Counted from the stretch's first letter, positions 1 through 14,390 are shown. The stretch: 64,000 nt of DNA from the human T2T-CHM13v2.0 reference genome, Homo sapiens (GCF_009914755.1 NC_060926.1); one strand, 5' to 3'. Notes: generated by a model not told the origin, from the sequence alone. Translations and numbers: made by a program.

Positions 1-323
1 GTTGGAGGAAAGTTAGGTGCTGAGATTGATATTTCTAGTCAGGGGAGCCTACTGAGCATCATTTCAAATAATCCTAGTGTGTGATTACTTTGACCCCATA
101 TTTGACTGATCCCACCTTTCAGCATATAAGTTGTTGCTCCCCAGGGAGGTGACAGTTATTTTTCCAGCATTGTGAGTGGGTCTCCCTGGAGACTAAGGGC
201 ACTTCCCTTGGAGCTGAGCTGCTCTGTGCTCTTCTTCATCAAAAGTACTCAGGTGTTTCAGACATTTCCAAATGGAACATCCATGAGATGAGGAAACCTT
301 TCTCTTGCTAATGTGGCAGGCAA

Positions 324-628
324 TTTTTAAATAATTTCAACTTTTATTTTAGATTCACAGGGTAAATATGCAGGTTTGTTACCTGGGTTTATTGCATGAC
401 ACTGAAGTTTGGGGTACCATTAATCTTGTCACCCAGGTACTGAGCATAGTACCCATTAGTTAGATTTTTGTCCCTTGTCCCCCCCATTTCCCACTTTAGT
501 AGTTTCCAGTGTCTGTTGTTGCCATCTTTATGTCCATGAGTACCCAATATCTAGCTCCTTCTTATAAGCGAGAACATTCAGTATTTAGTTTTCTATTTCT
601 GCGTTCATTTGCTTAGGATAATGGCCTC
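324..628 (-). mobile_element. L1 3' end fragment (old primate L1PA/L1PB type)
   Basis: Reverse-complemented L1 3'UTR motifs: 'tgcaggtttgttacctgggt', 'gtacccaatatctagctcc', 'ttgcttaggataatggcctc'; T-rich tail on the left. Confidence 0.85.
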
Positions 629-2689
629 TGGGACAGGCAGGAATCTTATTCCACTATCTTGGATATGTGAGAAATGATGTATCAGTTTGCTTCATTTACA
701 TTGATTGTAAGTCCCCAACCCCCTGGGTTAGTGGGAAATTTGAGTCATTATTGGGGGAGTCTTATTACCTCCAGGGTGATGTGAGGGTCCCATGTATCTT
801 GTGCAGAACAAAGACCCACAGGTCTTTAACTCCCTCTGGTCTCTCTTCAAAAGCCCATTATCCAACCTCCCATGGCCCCTTCAATCCAGTGACTTTAATT
901 AGAGTGGCTGCTGTGTACTTGGATCTTTGTGGAGGCTGGGAGCGCTATGCTTGGGATGCAGCCTCCTGTCGCGTTCCCAGACTCCAAGGGACCCCATTCA
1001 GCCATTCCCCTCTGGAAACCCTGCTACTTTCTCAGGACTCTGCATGAGAGCAGATTAGGAGTCAACCTGACCTTTAGGACCTGTTGGCCCATCACCTTCC
1101 CAGTCTTGGGAAACCTCCCTCATTTTCTCTTGCTGCTTCTGCTTTCTTTTCCTCCTCATGTCGCATAAACCTGTCAAGAAGCTCAGCCTTTTGAAAAACA
1201 AAAGCCAGACAGAGAGGTTGTCTATAACATAAACCATGCTTGAAGGCTAAAGAGTATGACTCTCATGTAAATATAAAATGAACACATGTCAAAGATCGTA
1301 TTTAACTCCCATGAATGAGGGAGACAGTAAGATGTTAAAACTGGTTCAAAGAATATTTGAGAATGTAGTATATAATGCAACTTAGTAAATTGTTGGGTAA
1401 ATACAAAACTGGTTATTGTCCAACAGGGCCATAAACTACAGCTTTTGGGTTTCTCTGTTGCACTGAACAGAAATTATTTGCATCTCTACTGAATAAAAAT
1501 CTGTAAGTTAACCTCACCTCTATAGAGTTGTAAAATAGCCTTAGCAAGTAGGAAGTCATCCCTAGCACTGTCCTAAAATAACACCTAGTACTTATTTTCT
1601 TTTGCCCATTTCCAAGCTTTGGGTAATTTTTCTGGCAGAAGGTATCTCAAAGGGCCTAGCTACCTTCTTGGAATGGAGAAGGGAAAAAATATAGCAAGAA
1701 CAAACTTCAAAATAATATCTCAATTATCCCCTCAAAGAAACATATGAGACCCCATTATTATGCTAACAAAGTATCAGTCTTTATTCTGCCTCCCTGAAGG
1801 ACTTCTCCTTCCTGCTAAGGGAAGGCAATGACAAAGACACAAAACTTCTTTCTGTCCCATATGAGACACTCAAGTGGAGCCTTTGCCCTCTAGCATGAAG
1901 CACACTCACAGATGCTCCTGAACAACACCTGAAAATCCAACAAAGCAGGACAGAGGTCAAGCCCAGCCTTGATCTCATTAGTGTGAGATGTTAGACCCTC
2001 ATTTTATTGCCAAAACCTTCACCCTTATGACAGGTTGGCCATCTGTCTAATGCCTGGCTAAGTCACAAGCTGGGAGAAAAATGTTGGATGCATTGAGGGC
2101 AAATCATGACTGTGGCTGCACATTATTACGTAGGAGAGGGAGCCAGAGAAACGCACCCATGGGGAGAATTCTTCCTTAAGTCAACCGCAGTGGCCTCCCC
2201 CACTTCCCCAGGTCGTGCTCTGCGCATTTGATCTGCCAGGAGAAGACCCGCTTCCTGTGAGCAGGCAGTGTTTGCTTCCTTAGTTCTTGTGTTGCTCCAT
2301 TCCCCAATTCCCTGCTCTCTCTGCCCCCTCTTCTCTGTTTCATATGAAAAACATCTGGAAGTCAGGCCTCGGGTAGGAGGTAATGTAGCCTCTGGCAGAG
2401 ATCCTGCCAGAGTGAGAGATCAGAAAGACCGTGAGAAAAATGTCAAGCCTCTGCTCCAACCGGATGTGCCCCAAGATGGAGGAAGGTGGGTCTCACAGAG
2501 GAGAAACTATTGTTATTCATCCTCAGTCTGTTTGATTGGAAGCCAAAGTTACACACTAGGTTAGGGAAGCGAGTTAACTCCAAAGCCTCTAAAATATTCA
2601 GCAGACCAGATTCCCTAGTGGGAATCTGGGTTCCCAATTGGAAATTATTACTTTGTCTTTCTGGAATTATGGTTCTAAAACTGTAGCAG

Positions 2690-2820
2690 GTGCCAAAATC
2701 TCCTGGATAGCCCCACCACCAAGAGTTTCTGTTTCAGTTGCTCATGAATTTGCATGTCGAAGTTCCCAGATGTTGTCTATCCTGCTGGTCCGCAGACTTG
2801 CTACTTTGAGTAGCCTGAAT
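2690..2820. mobile_element. MER5A fragment (hAT-Charlie MITE)
   Basis: 'gtttctgtttcagt...aatttgcatgtcgaagttcccagatg...tgctggtcc...actttgagtagc' resembles MER5A. Confidence 0.6.
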
Positions 2821-2828
2821 AGCGTTAG

Positions 2829-3006
2829 CAGTGGTTCTCAACCCTGCCTGCACATTAGAAAAATCTGGAGGTGCTCTGAAAAATCCCTATGCACAGGCCA
2901 TACTCGACCAATTAAATCAGAATTTCTGGGAGTGAGGGTCAGGCATCAATATTTTTTTACAACTCCACAGGCAAATGCAATACGCAGCCAAGATTAAAGA
3001 CTATTG
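2829..3006. mobile_element. MER5B (hAT-Charlie MITE)
   Basis: Terminal inverted repeat (TIR) 'cagtggttctcaacc'; internal 'accaattaaatcagaatttctggg'; end 'gcagccaagattaaagactattg'. Confidence 0.8.
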
Positions 3007-3014
3007 CTTTAGAA

Positions 3015-3157
3015 CAGTGGTTCCCAACCCTAGTGCATATTTTAAATGCATAGGATGCTTTTGTAAAACACTTATTCTTGAGTCCCGTGCATAACACCCT
3101 TCTAACTGGTCTCCCCCATGTGTTATCCACACAAACATTATTATCATCGTCATCATA

Positions 3158-3195
<38 letters not shown>

Positions 3196-3340
3196 TACAC
3201 ATGCACACACATCTTAAAACCTTCAATTGCTTCTTGCCTTTAGGATAAAAACAGAAGGCAGAATTTCTGGACATGGGCCTTTGTATTTTTAAAAAATGCT
3301 CCCAATGATTCAAATGTCCAGCCAGGATTGAGAATCACTG
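3015..3340. mobile_element. MER5B-like element interrupted by an L2-like piece and (CA)n
   Basis: TIRs 'cagtggttcccaacc' and 'ggattgagaatcactg'; 8-bp TSD-like flanks ctttagaa/ctctggaa. Confidence 0.65.
3154..3211. repeat. (CA)n microsatellite
   Basis: Direct reading. Confidence 0.95.
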
Positions 3341-3729
3341 CTCTGGAAGTTCTCTTAATCACATTCTACCCACTCTTTCATCTTAGCTGGTTAAGTGTGG
3401 TCTGCTTACCCAGGCCTGTAGAAACCTGCTTTGGGCAGCAGCTCTGGGGTCCTGCATTGGTATGGACCCCTCCCACTTCCTTGCCCTGCCTTGCAGTCTC
3501 CATTTGCCCTGCATTTTTGGCTCCCCAGAGCTGCCTTGGCACTCCTCCATTTTGTACTAAACATTGGGCCCCCTTCTCTGGCTTCTGGCTCTGTCCCCAT
3601 TCTCCCATATCCTGACTTGACTTTCAGCTCTGCACACTTTGTCTCTCAGCTTCAGCCTCTCCCCCATCCCTCAATACTGGCTGCCTGCTTAGCCTCCCAT
3701 CCTCCAGGTCAAGTCCATAAAACTTCGGC

Positions 3730-4100
3730 AAATATTTACTGAGGGCCTTCAAAGTGCCAGGCACTGTGCTGGGCATGGAATGCCATGAGAGACAAAACTG
3801 ATATTGGTACTGCCCTTGTGGAAATTTACATTCTAGTGTGGGGGACAGACAATGATCAAACAAATGGAAAATTGTGATGGCGTGAGGTGCTGGGAAGGAG
3901 AGTGTGCCATGGTGTCTATTAGACAGAAACCTTGCCTGAGGAGTGAGATGTAAGCTAAGATCTAAGACAGCAGTAGGAGTTCCTAGGTGAAGAGGGTAGA
4001 AAGTGGGGAGGAAGAGATGGCATATGCACAGATGACATGTGGGAGGGACATGGTGTATTGGAAGACTGAAAGCCTGGGTGGCTGTAATGCATGTTGTGTG
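3730..4100 (-). mobile_element. L2 3' end
   Basis: 'aatatttactgagggcc...gtgccaggcactgtgctggg...tgcccttgtggaaatttacattctagt' is the reverse of the L2 3' end. Confidence 0.8.
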
Positions 4101-4131
4101 AGATGGTGGTAGACATTCTGTAACATATATG

Positions 4132-4424
4132 GGCTGGGTGCAGTGGCTCACGCCTGTAATCCCAGCACTTTGGGAGGCCGAGGTGGGTGGATTATGAGGT
4201 CAGGAGTTCAAGACCAGCCTGGCCAAGATGGTGAAAACCCCGTCTCTGCTAAAAATACAAAAATTAACGCATGGTGGCGGGTGCCTGTAATCCCAGCTAC
4301 TTGGGAGGCTGAGGACAAGAATTGCTTGAACCCAGGAGGCAGAGGTTGCAGTGAGCTGAGATCGTGCCACTGCACTGCAGCCTGGGTGACAGAGTGAGAC
4401 TCTGTCTCAAACAAACAAGCAAAA
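4132..4424 (+). mobile_element. AluS (Sg-like), full length
   Basis: Dimeric Alu; 2-bp deletion in 'ggattatgaggtc'; 'ggccaagatgg'; A-rich tail. Confidence 0.95.
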
Positions 4425-5619
4425 CGTTTATGCACCCACTCGCTTGCCAAGGTTCTGCAGGCAGCAGCCATCCACCTTGGCAAGGCAGTCACTGAGAAAC
4501 CAGCTCGGGTGGTCCATACTTTGCACATTGGAAGAAGTGGTATGCCCTGGTTATGTGTGCAGCGAAATAGGAATTTTGTCTTCCCTTTTCTTACCCCTTT
4601 TCCTGGGGCTTTCTCTCACCCTTGCCTGGGGAATAAGGCAAATCTAATGCCAATTAGAGGAAGATATGGGTACCATTGTTTATTTTAGCTGGCCAGGATC
4701 ACCCAGAAGAATGTTCAAAACATCCTTTATTTGGGATTTGAGTCATGAGTCTTCTAATCTATGTACTGTTTACAGAGGTTGGAGGTCTGGAGGAAGAGGA
4801 CTCCCTCTTTTACTTCATTCAGTTGTCCCCCACATCCTCAGCAGTAGAAGTGTTTCTTGCCATTTTAGCTTTCAGAGGCCAGTCTCATTTTGTCCAGCAA
4901 TGACAGCAACAGCAAAACCTTCCTTTGGCCCTCATTCACAATACAGTGTTCTGGGAGGAGGCGGCTGACCAGCTGACTGCAGTGATGAAGAAAGGAGTGT
5001 CCCACAGGACTCTGATTCAGCAGGGACCTCCAGAGCTTCTGACTCATGGGGGTGTGCTCCCAAGGGACATAGGTGTGTCTTCAAGTGCCAAGAATGAATG
5101 GGAACTGGCTTCTGCACTTGGCCCTGTGAGAACAGCCTAAGCCAAGGGAGGGGAGATTCTAAAAGAAATGACTGTAATTAAAGGTAGAAAAAAGTGGATG
5201 AGTCAAAAAAATGTATAAATAGTGTTTAATATTCAACTTAGTACTTAATTAAATATTGTCTTCTATTATTTATATTCACTACAAGTATCAAAGCCTTTTC
5301 TTCCCAAGTTGACTATAAACTCTTTGAAGGCAGGGACCATAGTTTTCTAAACTCCATTCAACCAAAGCATACTAAATACTCTTTGTTAGTGTACCATCGG
5401 CACACAACCCATTGCCAGATATGGAGTCATCCCCAGTAATTACTTGCATTAAACTGAATTCCCTCTAGCAAGCAACTGTTCGCAATGAATGGGTCTAGTG
5501 GTCCCATGGAAGAAAACAAGGAAGCTTGAAGTAGTCCTGCCATGGAGAAGCTAAGCTGATGTCTAAAGCCTTTGGCTAAGCATCCTGATGTGTTAGGCAA
5601 ATCTTGGTGTGGGAATCAA

Positions 5620-5780
5620 GATTTAAGGTTTGTATCAGGCTCTACAACAAAAGAGCTGTAAAGCTTGGACAAGCCACTCAAATCTTCCAGAGCCTCAGTT
5701 TCCTCATTTGTCAAAAGAAGAGGTTGTTACTAGATAATCTCGACAGCCTTTTTCTGTCCTAAAAATTGCATGGGTCTGTA
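5620..5780 (+). mobile_element. MIR
   Basis: MIR core 'cttggacaagccactc...agcctcagtttcctcatttgtcaaa'. Confidence 0.7.
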
Positions 5781-5823
5781 AAGTCTGAACTGCCCAATAT
5801 TTTTTTATATCTTAAACATTTTA

Positions 5824-6051
<228 letters not shown>

Positions 6052-6099
6052 TTAAATTTTTTCAGTCGATATTGCCCCACCACCCATAACCCCCTAAGG

Positions 6100-7045
<946 letters not shown>

Positions 7046-7326
7046 TATCCCGGGGAGTCTTGACTAATCCAGTCCTTAGGAATTGAAGCTAGAGCTGGGG
7101 CCATGGCAAGCCAGAGCCTTGCACAAGCCCAAGTTTTGGGAGAGCCAAAGCAAGAGTCTGGCAGAGAAAGTCAGCTGAAGAGAAGATGGGGAAGAAAAGC
7201 AGAGTAAAGAAAAGACAAGAAATATCATGGTTTCAGAGTGTGGGTAAGAGAGAGAGGGAGAAAGAGGGAGAAACAATGCTCTTTCTTTTTTTGTTGTTAT
7301 TTTTGTTGTTGTTTATTTATTTACTT

Positions 7327-7628
7327 TCTTTTTTTTTCTTTTTCTTTTCTTTTTTTGAGATGGAATCCTGCTCTGTTGCTCAGGCTGGCATGATCTCGGC
7401 TCATTGCAACCTCTGCCTCCCAAGTTCAAGCGATTCGCCTGCGTCAGCCTCCCGAGTCGCCTGGAGTACAGCTGTGGGCCACCACGCCTGGCTAATTTTT
7501 GTATTTTTAGTAGAGACGGGCTTTCGCCAGGTTGGCCAGGCTTGTCTCGAAATCCTGACCTCAAGTGATCTGCCCACCTTGGCCTCCCAAAGTACTGGGA
7601 TTAAAGGCATAAGCCACCATGCCCGGCC
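7327..7628 (-). mobile_element. AluS with a small internal deletion
   Basis: Reverse Alu; TSD tatttactt; reads 'caggctggcatgatc', lacking 'agtgcagtgg'. Confidence 0.95.
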
Positions 7629-7932
7629 TATTTACTTATGTTTTATCAATAAGTAATAGATGTATATATTTTCAGGGTACATAACACCTCTACTTTTAAA
7701 CTGGTTCCTATGAGATTCCCACCTCTTTCCTTATAATTCCCACTTTTATTTGAGTTCTTTTTAGTGCATGTCTTCAACCAAGACGAGTAGGAAATCAAAG
7801 CTTCAGAGATGACCACAATGCTGTAAAGCCCAGAGGAAAACCCAAAGAATGCTATGAAAACTAAGTGTGGAAGAAATCCCACAGCACCTGCAGCAGGTTT
7901 TACTCCACCTCATTGATGGACTATTTAAATTA

Positions 7933-8109
<177 letters not shown>

Positions 8110-8399
8110 CTACTTGATTTTCAGGAAGATACTTCCAGTTCAAGAATTTCAGGGAGAAGCAAACAAGTTCTGGTGAGGAGATGCTGCATGCCTGGGCCTC
8201 TGTATAGCACTCTCAATTACAGCTGACCTGCAGAGAGCTTTGATAGTCTGAGGTTACAAGTAAAATTAATGACCATGGTGAGAAAGTTACTCAGCACTAA
8301 AGGCTCTCAGTCCTCACAACCTCTTATAGATGATGTGCCTTTAGATGATTCTTATGCTGTGCAATCATTCTTCATTTCATGTAGCCACCCATCTACCCA

Positions 8400-8700
8400 C
8401 TGATTCTACAAAAATTTATTTAGCACCTACTGAGTAACAGGCATTAGAGAGGCCAAGACAGATGAGACACTCCCTGTCCTCAAAGGGCAGTAAGCACTTC
8501 TCATTCACAGAACGTTTACAGCTTGTAATTGTATGCATTTGTGGGATTTGTTTTTGTTTAATCTCTCTCTCCCATTATATCAATTTCATAAGGACAGGAT
8601 TCATGGGTTTGTTGTTGTTGTTGTTGACTCTTGTATCCTAGAACCTGGTAGGGTTCCTGGCACACAATAGGCACTTAATACGTATTTGGTGAACAAATTA
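8400..8700. mobile_element. Two L2 3' fragments in opposite orientation
   Basis: Left 'atttatttagcacctactg' (minus); right 'cctggcacacaataggcacttaatacgtatttggtgaa' (plus). Confidence 0.6.
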
Positions 8701-9127
8701 TTAATGAAGGGCTTTGAGTCTGTTCAAGGTGTTATTGTTTTTCTTCTTTTTTCTTTCTGTTTTTACTCATGTTACAGCCTACCCCCAAAAAAGATATCTT
8801 CGTAGGACCATCAGACAATAATACATTTGGAAATGTATGTGGCTTATGTCTTCCAGAATGGTCCACAGTATGTGGCAACTGCAGGCTCTGTAACAGATGC
8901 CTGAGCTACTAGAACTCGGTAACCAAGGATCCTCCCTGTGGTGTAGATCCTCGGTGTCTAGGGACCCTCCTTTCCTGGTAGCTCTTAGATTAAAGCTGCT
9001 CAGGAGAGAGAGTACAGAAAATGCAGCTGATTCATTGGCCTCGAGGAAACAGAGCATGGAAAGCAGACGAGGATGTGAGAAATGACCATCTCAACACCAG
9101 CAGGAGGAGGTAGACAAAGAGGACAAG

Positions 9128-9245
9128 GGACTGCATGCATAGCTGTGTGGGATTGCCTTGCACAAGGGCACCCAGCCAAGGGGGCAAGTAGGGGCTGAAA
9201 TCTAGCCAGGCTCTGCTTCTAAGCCATGAACCCTGGCAAGAGATT
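9128..9245. mobile_element. MER91A fragment (hAT-Tip100)
   Basis: 'tgcacaagggcacccagccaagggggcaagtaggggctgaaatc' matches remembered MER91A. Confidence 0.7.
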
Positions 9246-10344
9246 CTGTCAAAGGTGGCCTAAGGACCAGAGGTGGCCCAGTGAGAAGTCCCCAGGTTCT
9301 TAAGAAGACTGACAAAGTAATGAGGGAGAGTGTGGAGAGCACCTGCACTTCGCATTCAATCAGAAAGCTGTGGGTTGGGGTTTTGCCCAGTGTGATGGCC
9401 TCACTCTGTGAACTGTGATTACCGCTTCACACCCCTACACCTCTAAGCCCTGCTCCCACACATTCAGTTCTCAGAGTGACAAAGGGTGACTCCTAGCAAA
9501 AGCAGGAAAGATTTGTAAGAGGACATCTAAGATCAAAGCTGTCAGCAAGAGGCAAAGAGCCACTCTGCTACCCTGAAGATGGAGGATGAAGCAGCAGGTA
9601 ACTGGGCTGTTAGGCTGCCTGCCCAGCTCTCTGTATGGGCTGACAGCGTATAGCTTCCTTTGCCCAAATGTGGATAGCCTGTATTGACACTGGAGAGAAC
9701 TCATGCACACAGCCTAACAGAAAAACAATTTAGTACCAGATAGCTTTAAAAAAAAAAATCATCCACATCCTTCCCTATTCTGCTCTTCATGGTACATGGA
9801 GACTCCAGGGCTATTTCTAGCTCAAGATGCAGGGGTGCTGATGAGCAGTGGGATTTCTGCAGCTGATCGCTGATAGGATAGAGCTGTTGCCACCCCAGAG
9901 AGGTGCTAGGGACAGGCAGCTTAACTGCACATGGCCAGCACATGGCAGGTGGGCGGGAGGACGTCTGGCTGGTTCAGGGGGAGGTGCGGGGGATGGAACA
10001 GCTCTGAAACAGCATTTTGGAAGCAGTAAGCTGAAGATAGTGTGGCTCTGTGTGTCTCCAACACCACCTTTCTTCCACAGCTCTAGGCTTAAAGGGGAAC
10101 AAAGAAAGAAAAAGGGAACATCTTAGGGATATCAGTGCACCTCCTGCACTTGCCTCTCTTGCTTCAAATCTGGAATGCCATTTCAGCAGCCAAGATGCAG
10201 ATGCAGTTCTTTTTTTTTTTTTTAATTGAGAATGTGACTAACAGAATGAATAGTCTTAAGGAGAGTGGTCAAATTGTAACGAAACCCATCAAAACATCAT
10301 AGGGAGGAAGGGGAGGGGAAAGATTGGCTTCAACAGTAAAATTG

Positions 10345-10943
10345 TATAGGCTTTAAGATCAGGTGAATTTGAGTTCTATTCCCACCTCTTTCATTATCAG
10401 CAATGTGACCTTGGGCGGCTGCTTAATCTCTCTGTGCCTATTTCCTTCATTTGTAAAGCGGGGATAATCCTAGGGGTGGCATGAGTGAAATGCATTTTTA
10501 TTTTGGGGGGTGGGGGGCTGCCCCTGCATGGTCATGCCTCTGTCCGTGGTTCTGAATGCTCGCTTCTTTTGAGCTGGTCAGTCATTTCAAAACCCAGGAT
10601 ACTGCTGATTCTTGTTCAACCTCTCCTATGAGAGTATTTGTTGTTTTTCTTTGTTTTTATATTTTATCTTAATGGAGCGCTTCAGTTTTTACACACTCGA
10701 AGAATAAGTAGCAACGTGACTTATGTTACATTACTTACATAACAAAATCTGCTCACTGCCTTGTTTCCAACAGTTTAAAACATTTTTGCCTTCTAGGATG
10801 TGGGGTGTCAGACACTGCTCCCCCGCAAAGCTAAGTCTAAAGCAATAGTAATACATACTTCAGTGGTTTTTGTAAGAATTAAGCATGTAAATACTTCAGC
10901 TCCATGGCTGGCATATAAATACTAAGACAAAAAGTGGCTATTG
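10345..10943 (+). mobile_element. MIR split in two (10345-10468 and 10844-10943) by a ~375 bp insert
   Basis: 5' half ends 'ttgtaaagcggggataat'; 3' half resumes 'aatagtaatacatacttcagtggtttttgtaagaattaa'. Confidence 0.7.
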
Positions 10944-12959
10944 TGGCAGGTGTGTGTTTGCAAACACCAAATTTGGACACAAAAGTTGCTCAAAATTACT
11001 TTCTAAATCAAATTACATCTCACCCTGAGCCTCTGCTTTCTACAGATTACTAGTTATTGGGGCAGGAATATTCCCATCAAGTTATGAGAAGGTCTTAGGG
11101 ATGTTATACAGAACAAAATTTTCCAGACAAGGCTCCCTAGTCTTCAGTCCACACTGGTTACCCAGTGATGTGCTCATTGTCCCAGCACTCAGAGAAAAGC
11201 TGCTCTGATGCTTCTATTTCTTGCTTAGGTTCATTGTTTGCAGTGGTTGATAGCCCCAGGTCCTGGCATCAAGCTCCCACATCTCTCCTGGCCCCCAGCC
11301 CTCTGGTTTACCACCTAGCTATTCACCTCTGAGACTGAGACATCTGCAAAGAAACAGCTACCCTACTACTTGAGAACCCATGAGTCTCCTGGAGCCCAAG
11401 CCACCATTCTCTTCCTGGGTTCAAGGACTGTTTCCTTTTCCTTGGAAGAGAGAGGGAGGAGGCGAAGACAGCATCAGCCTGTACTCCTCCAAACGTAGAG
11501 TAATCTCCCCTCAATTGGGTCATTTCCCTTATTAATTCACCCTTTTACTTATTTACTTTATTATTATTGAACAGTATATGTCGTCTTATCACAGGAATTT
11601 AGGACCCCCTTTGTTATGTTTTTATTTTGAGAGTCATGAATGCCCTTGGAATCCCATTCAGTCTGACAACCAAATGAAGATCTAAACTCATACAGCAGAA
11701 GAGCTCAGGTCCATTGAGAAACAGAGCTTCATCTTCTAATTATTTGGTTTAATTTATTGGTGTACACTCCCTTTAAGACATCACAGTGCTTGACTTCACT
11801 GTTATTTTGTGTGAAATAGCCTCTGCTTACCCTTCTCTGTTAAAGAATTTTCCTAACTCATCCGTGAGCTATTTCACCTGACTGCACTGTGAACTGAGGA
11901 GAGAGTGTGGATCTGTAGGAGTTTGATTCTCTCAAGAAAGGAAATATGTTTGCCTGGAGTTTCTCTAAAGAAGGAAGGCAGCAACGCAACCCTGTGGCCT
12001 ATGTGTAAATCATCTGACTTTCTCACCAATGTGGTTAAATCTTCTGATTTCTTACTCAGCAAGAGCTTGCTGAAAACTGACATTGTAGTTGCTGACTGGG
12101 ATTGCAGCTCAACAAATTATTTCTAAAAGGTGTGCAGTTGTTGAAAAAAAAAAAGGGTCAATCAAGGTCAGTATAATGGGCATTTGTCTGATAGCCTTAG
12201 GCGTTAATGGGCATTTTTGTTTACTTCAAGGAGGAAAAAGAGATGAGGGGATAAAGATCTGTGATCTATAATGTAACTTGAAACATTTCGGCTATTGGCT
12301 AATGTCATAGGTGTTTCTTAATTTTTCCATCCATGAAGAAAATGACTGATAAAATTTATGCAAACTTAGCAGTCAGCCATTAATTGGTTTATTTCGGCTG
12401 TTTTTAAATGTCTCTTGAAAGTCGTTAGAGTGTTAATACATTCAAGAGGTAGCTGTGTCCCATATTGACAATCTAAATATGTAAGCAAGCCCAAAAAGAG
12501 GAGAAGGATGGAAGTTACCTAGGCAGGACATGGTCATCTATAGGGAAGAAAGTCATAATATCTTTTCTATCACAAACTTTCTGAAGCTCTGGTTAATCTG
12601 TGAAACTGGGTTAGCTGTTCTACAGAAAGTTAGGAAGGTCTTTGGTTAAAGATAAGAGACACATGAGTGGAAGCTCTTCACTCACTCTAAACATTTAAGA
12701 ACTTCTGGCTAAAATATAATCAAAATGTTTTACATACATAACTAAGCATGAAGTCAAGTAAAGGAAATTGCCATTTTCAAAAGCAAAAAGATAACTTTCA
12801 AAGTCAGAGGTGAATAAGAATTGCACTGTGCGTATGGTAAGATCTAAATTCACATTGTCTATAGAATGTGGACACCCAAGTTGTGACACTAATGTTAAAA
12901 ATTTGTCTCAACCTTGATGTAAAAAGAAATTATGTAACTTTACTAAAAGATAGGTAAAA

Positions 12960-13830
12960 AAGACCCCAAAGTGAAAAAAAAGGTCATGTTCAAGGATAAA
13001 AAGACCCAATATCATGAAGATCAATTTGTCCCAAGTTTATCTATCATTTCAATCAGAATCTCAATAGAAATATTTTATGGATATTATGCAGACAAATCCT
13101 AGCTGCTTATAAAATGTATATGGAAGGGCAAAGAACAAGAAAGAGGAAAGAGAATCTTGAAGGAGGAGGGAAGGGACTTGCCATAGCAGATATCAAGAAC
13201 TTACTATAAAGCCCCAGCAGTTAAGCCAAAGGGGAGGGGAGGATGTATGAGAAATAAACAGAGAGACCAATGCAATGGAAAAGAGCTTAGACATAAACTC
13301 ACCATATAAGAAAAAATTCATTCATAACAGAGCAGCCATTATACATCAGTAAGGAAAGGAATGGAGTGCTCAAAAATGGGGCTGGGACAATAATCACCCC
13401 TCCCTAAAAAAAGGAAAGAAAAATTGGATTTCTACCTCATACTATATACACAAATCAATTCTACATAGATTAAATGAAAGTTTAAAAATGACAAAACTTT
13501 AAAATGTTATTAAAAATATAGACTATTTGCATGACTCGAGTAAGAAAAATTATAATAAGTAACAAAATGCTCAAAAAACCAGTATAAAATATTCATACAT
13601 TAGAATACATGAAATTTTAAACTTTTGTTCATTATAACATGTAATTACGAGAGTAAAAAAATAAACTGAGAGAAGATATTTGAAACAAACATAACATCAA
13701 GGATTAGTATTTCAAATATATAAAATATCTCTCTGAATTAACATGAAAAAGACAACACAGTAGAAAGAAGGGCAAAAAGTCATGAATGTAATTTAATAGG
13801 AAGAAACAAAAATGGCTAATAAACACATAC
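12960..13830 (+). mobile_element. Ancient L1M (L1ME-like) ORF2 3' remnant
   Basis: A-rich; 'tcatgttcaaggat...aatatcatgaagat', 'acttactataaagc', 'tacctcatactatatacacaaatcaattc', 'aaatggctaataaacac'. Confidence 0.8.
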
Positions 13831-13859
13831 AGAGAGCATTAGCACTGGAGTCATTAAGG

Positions 13860-14223
13860 CCATTGCAAATACTCCAGTTCTCCTTTCTCTGCTTACATGG
13901 TAGGATTGCACTTCACTGAGTAGACATGTGACTTGCTTTGACCAGTGACGTGTGAATGGAAGCTTGATACTCTAAGCAGTTGCTGCCACTCAACTCTCCT
14001 CTTTTATTGACTGACGATGGGACAAAATTCTATACTCACCGAATGGTACAGCAAGTGGTGATGTTCCAGACACTGGAGGCTCGACCTGTCAGCCTCCAAC
14101 CCTGAGTGAAAAGACACAGAACTGAGCCATCAACCAATTAATGATGAAATAATGATGAGTAAGAAGCACACTTTTGCTGTTGGAAATTACTATTATTGGA
14201 AGGTTGTTTCCATAGTAACCTAG
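13860..14223 (+). mobile_element. MLT1 (H/I/J-like) MaLR LTR
   Basis: 'taggattgcacttc...catgtgacttgctttgacca'; end 'gttgtttccatagtaacctag'. Confidence 0.65.
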
Positions 14224-14225
14224 AT

Positions 14226-14390
14226 CAATAGCTCTCCGAAGTTTAGAATCATCTGGAGAACTTTAAAAACAAAAACCCCAATGCCAAGGTTGAATTCCAG
14301 ATCAATTAATCCCTGGGAACAAGACTCATCAGTAATTTTTTAGTCTCCCCAGCTGGTTCTGATGTGCAGCCAAGGTTGAGAATCAAGGAC
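14226..14390. mobile_element. MER5B
   Basis: 'ttagaatcatctggagaacttt...ttctgatgtgcagccaaggttgagaatc'. Confidence 0.75.

Noticed and set aside
1265-1560. AT-rich block that looks like an ancient interspersed repeat
   Set aside because: It feels repeat-like, but I cannot assign a family or boundaries with confidence.
2390-2412. Perfect 9-bp inverted repeat ctctggcag/ctgccagag
   Set aside because: A few such stems are expected by chance in 64 kb; no supporting context.
8400-8700. Inverted L2 pair resembling the origin of miR-28/miR-151
   Set aside because: The orientation is similar, but the arms are highly diverged and too far apart to give a compact pre-miRNA stem.
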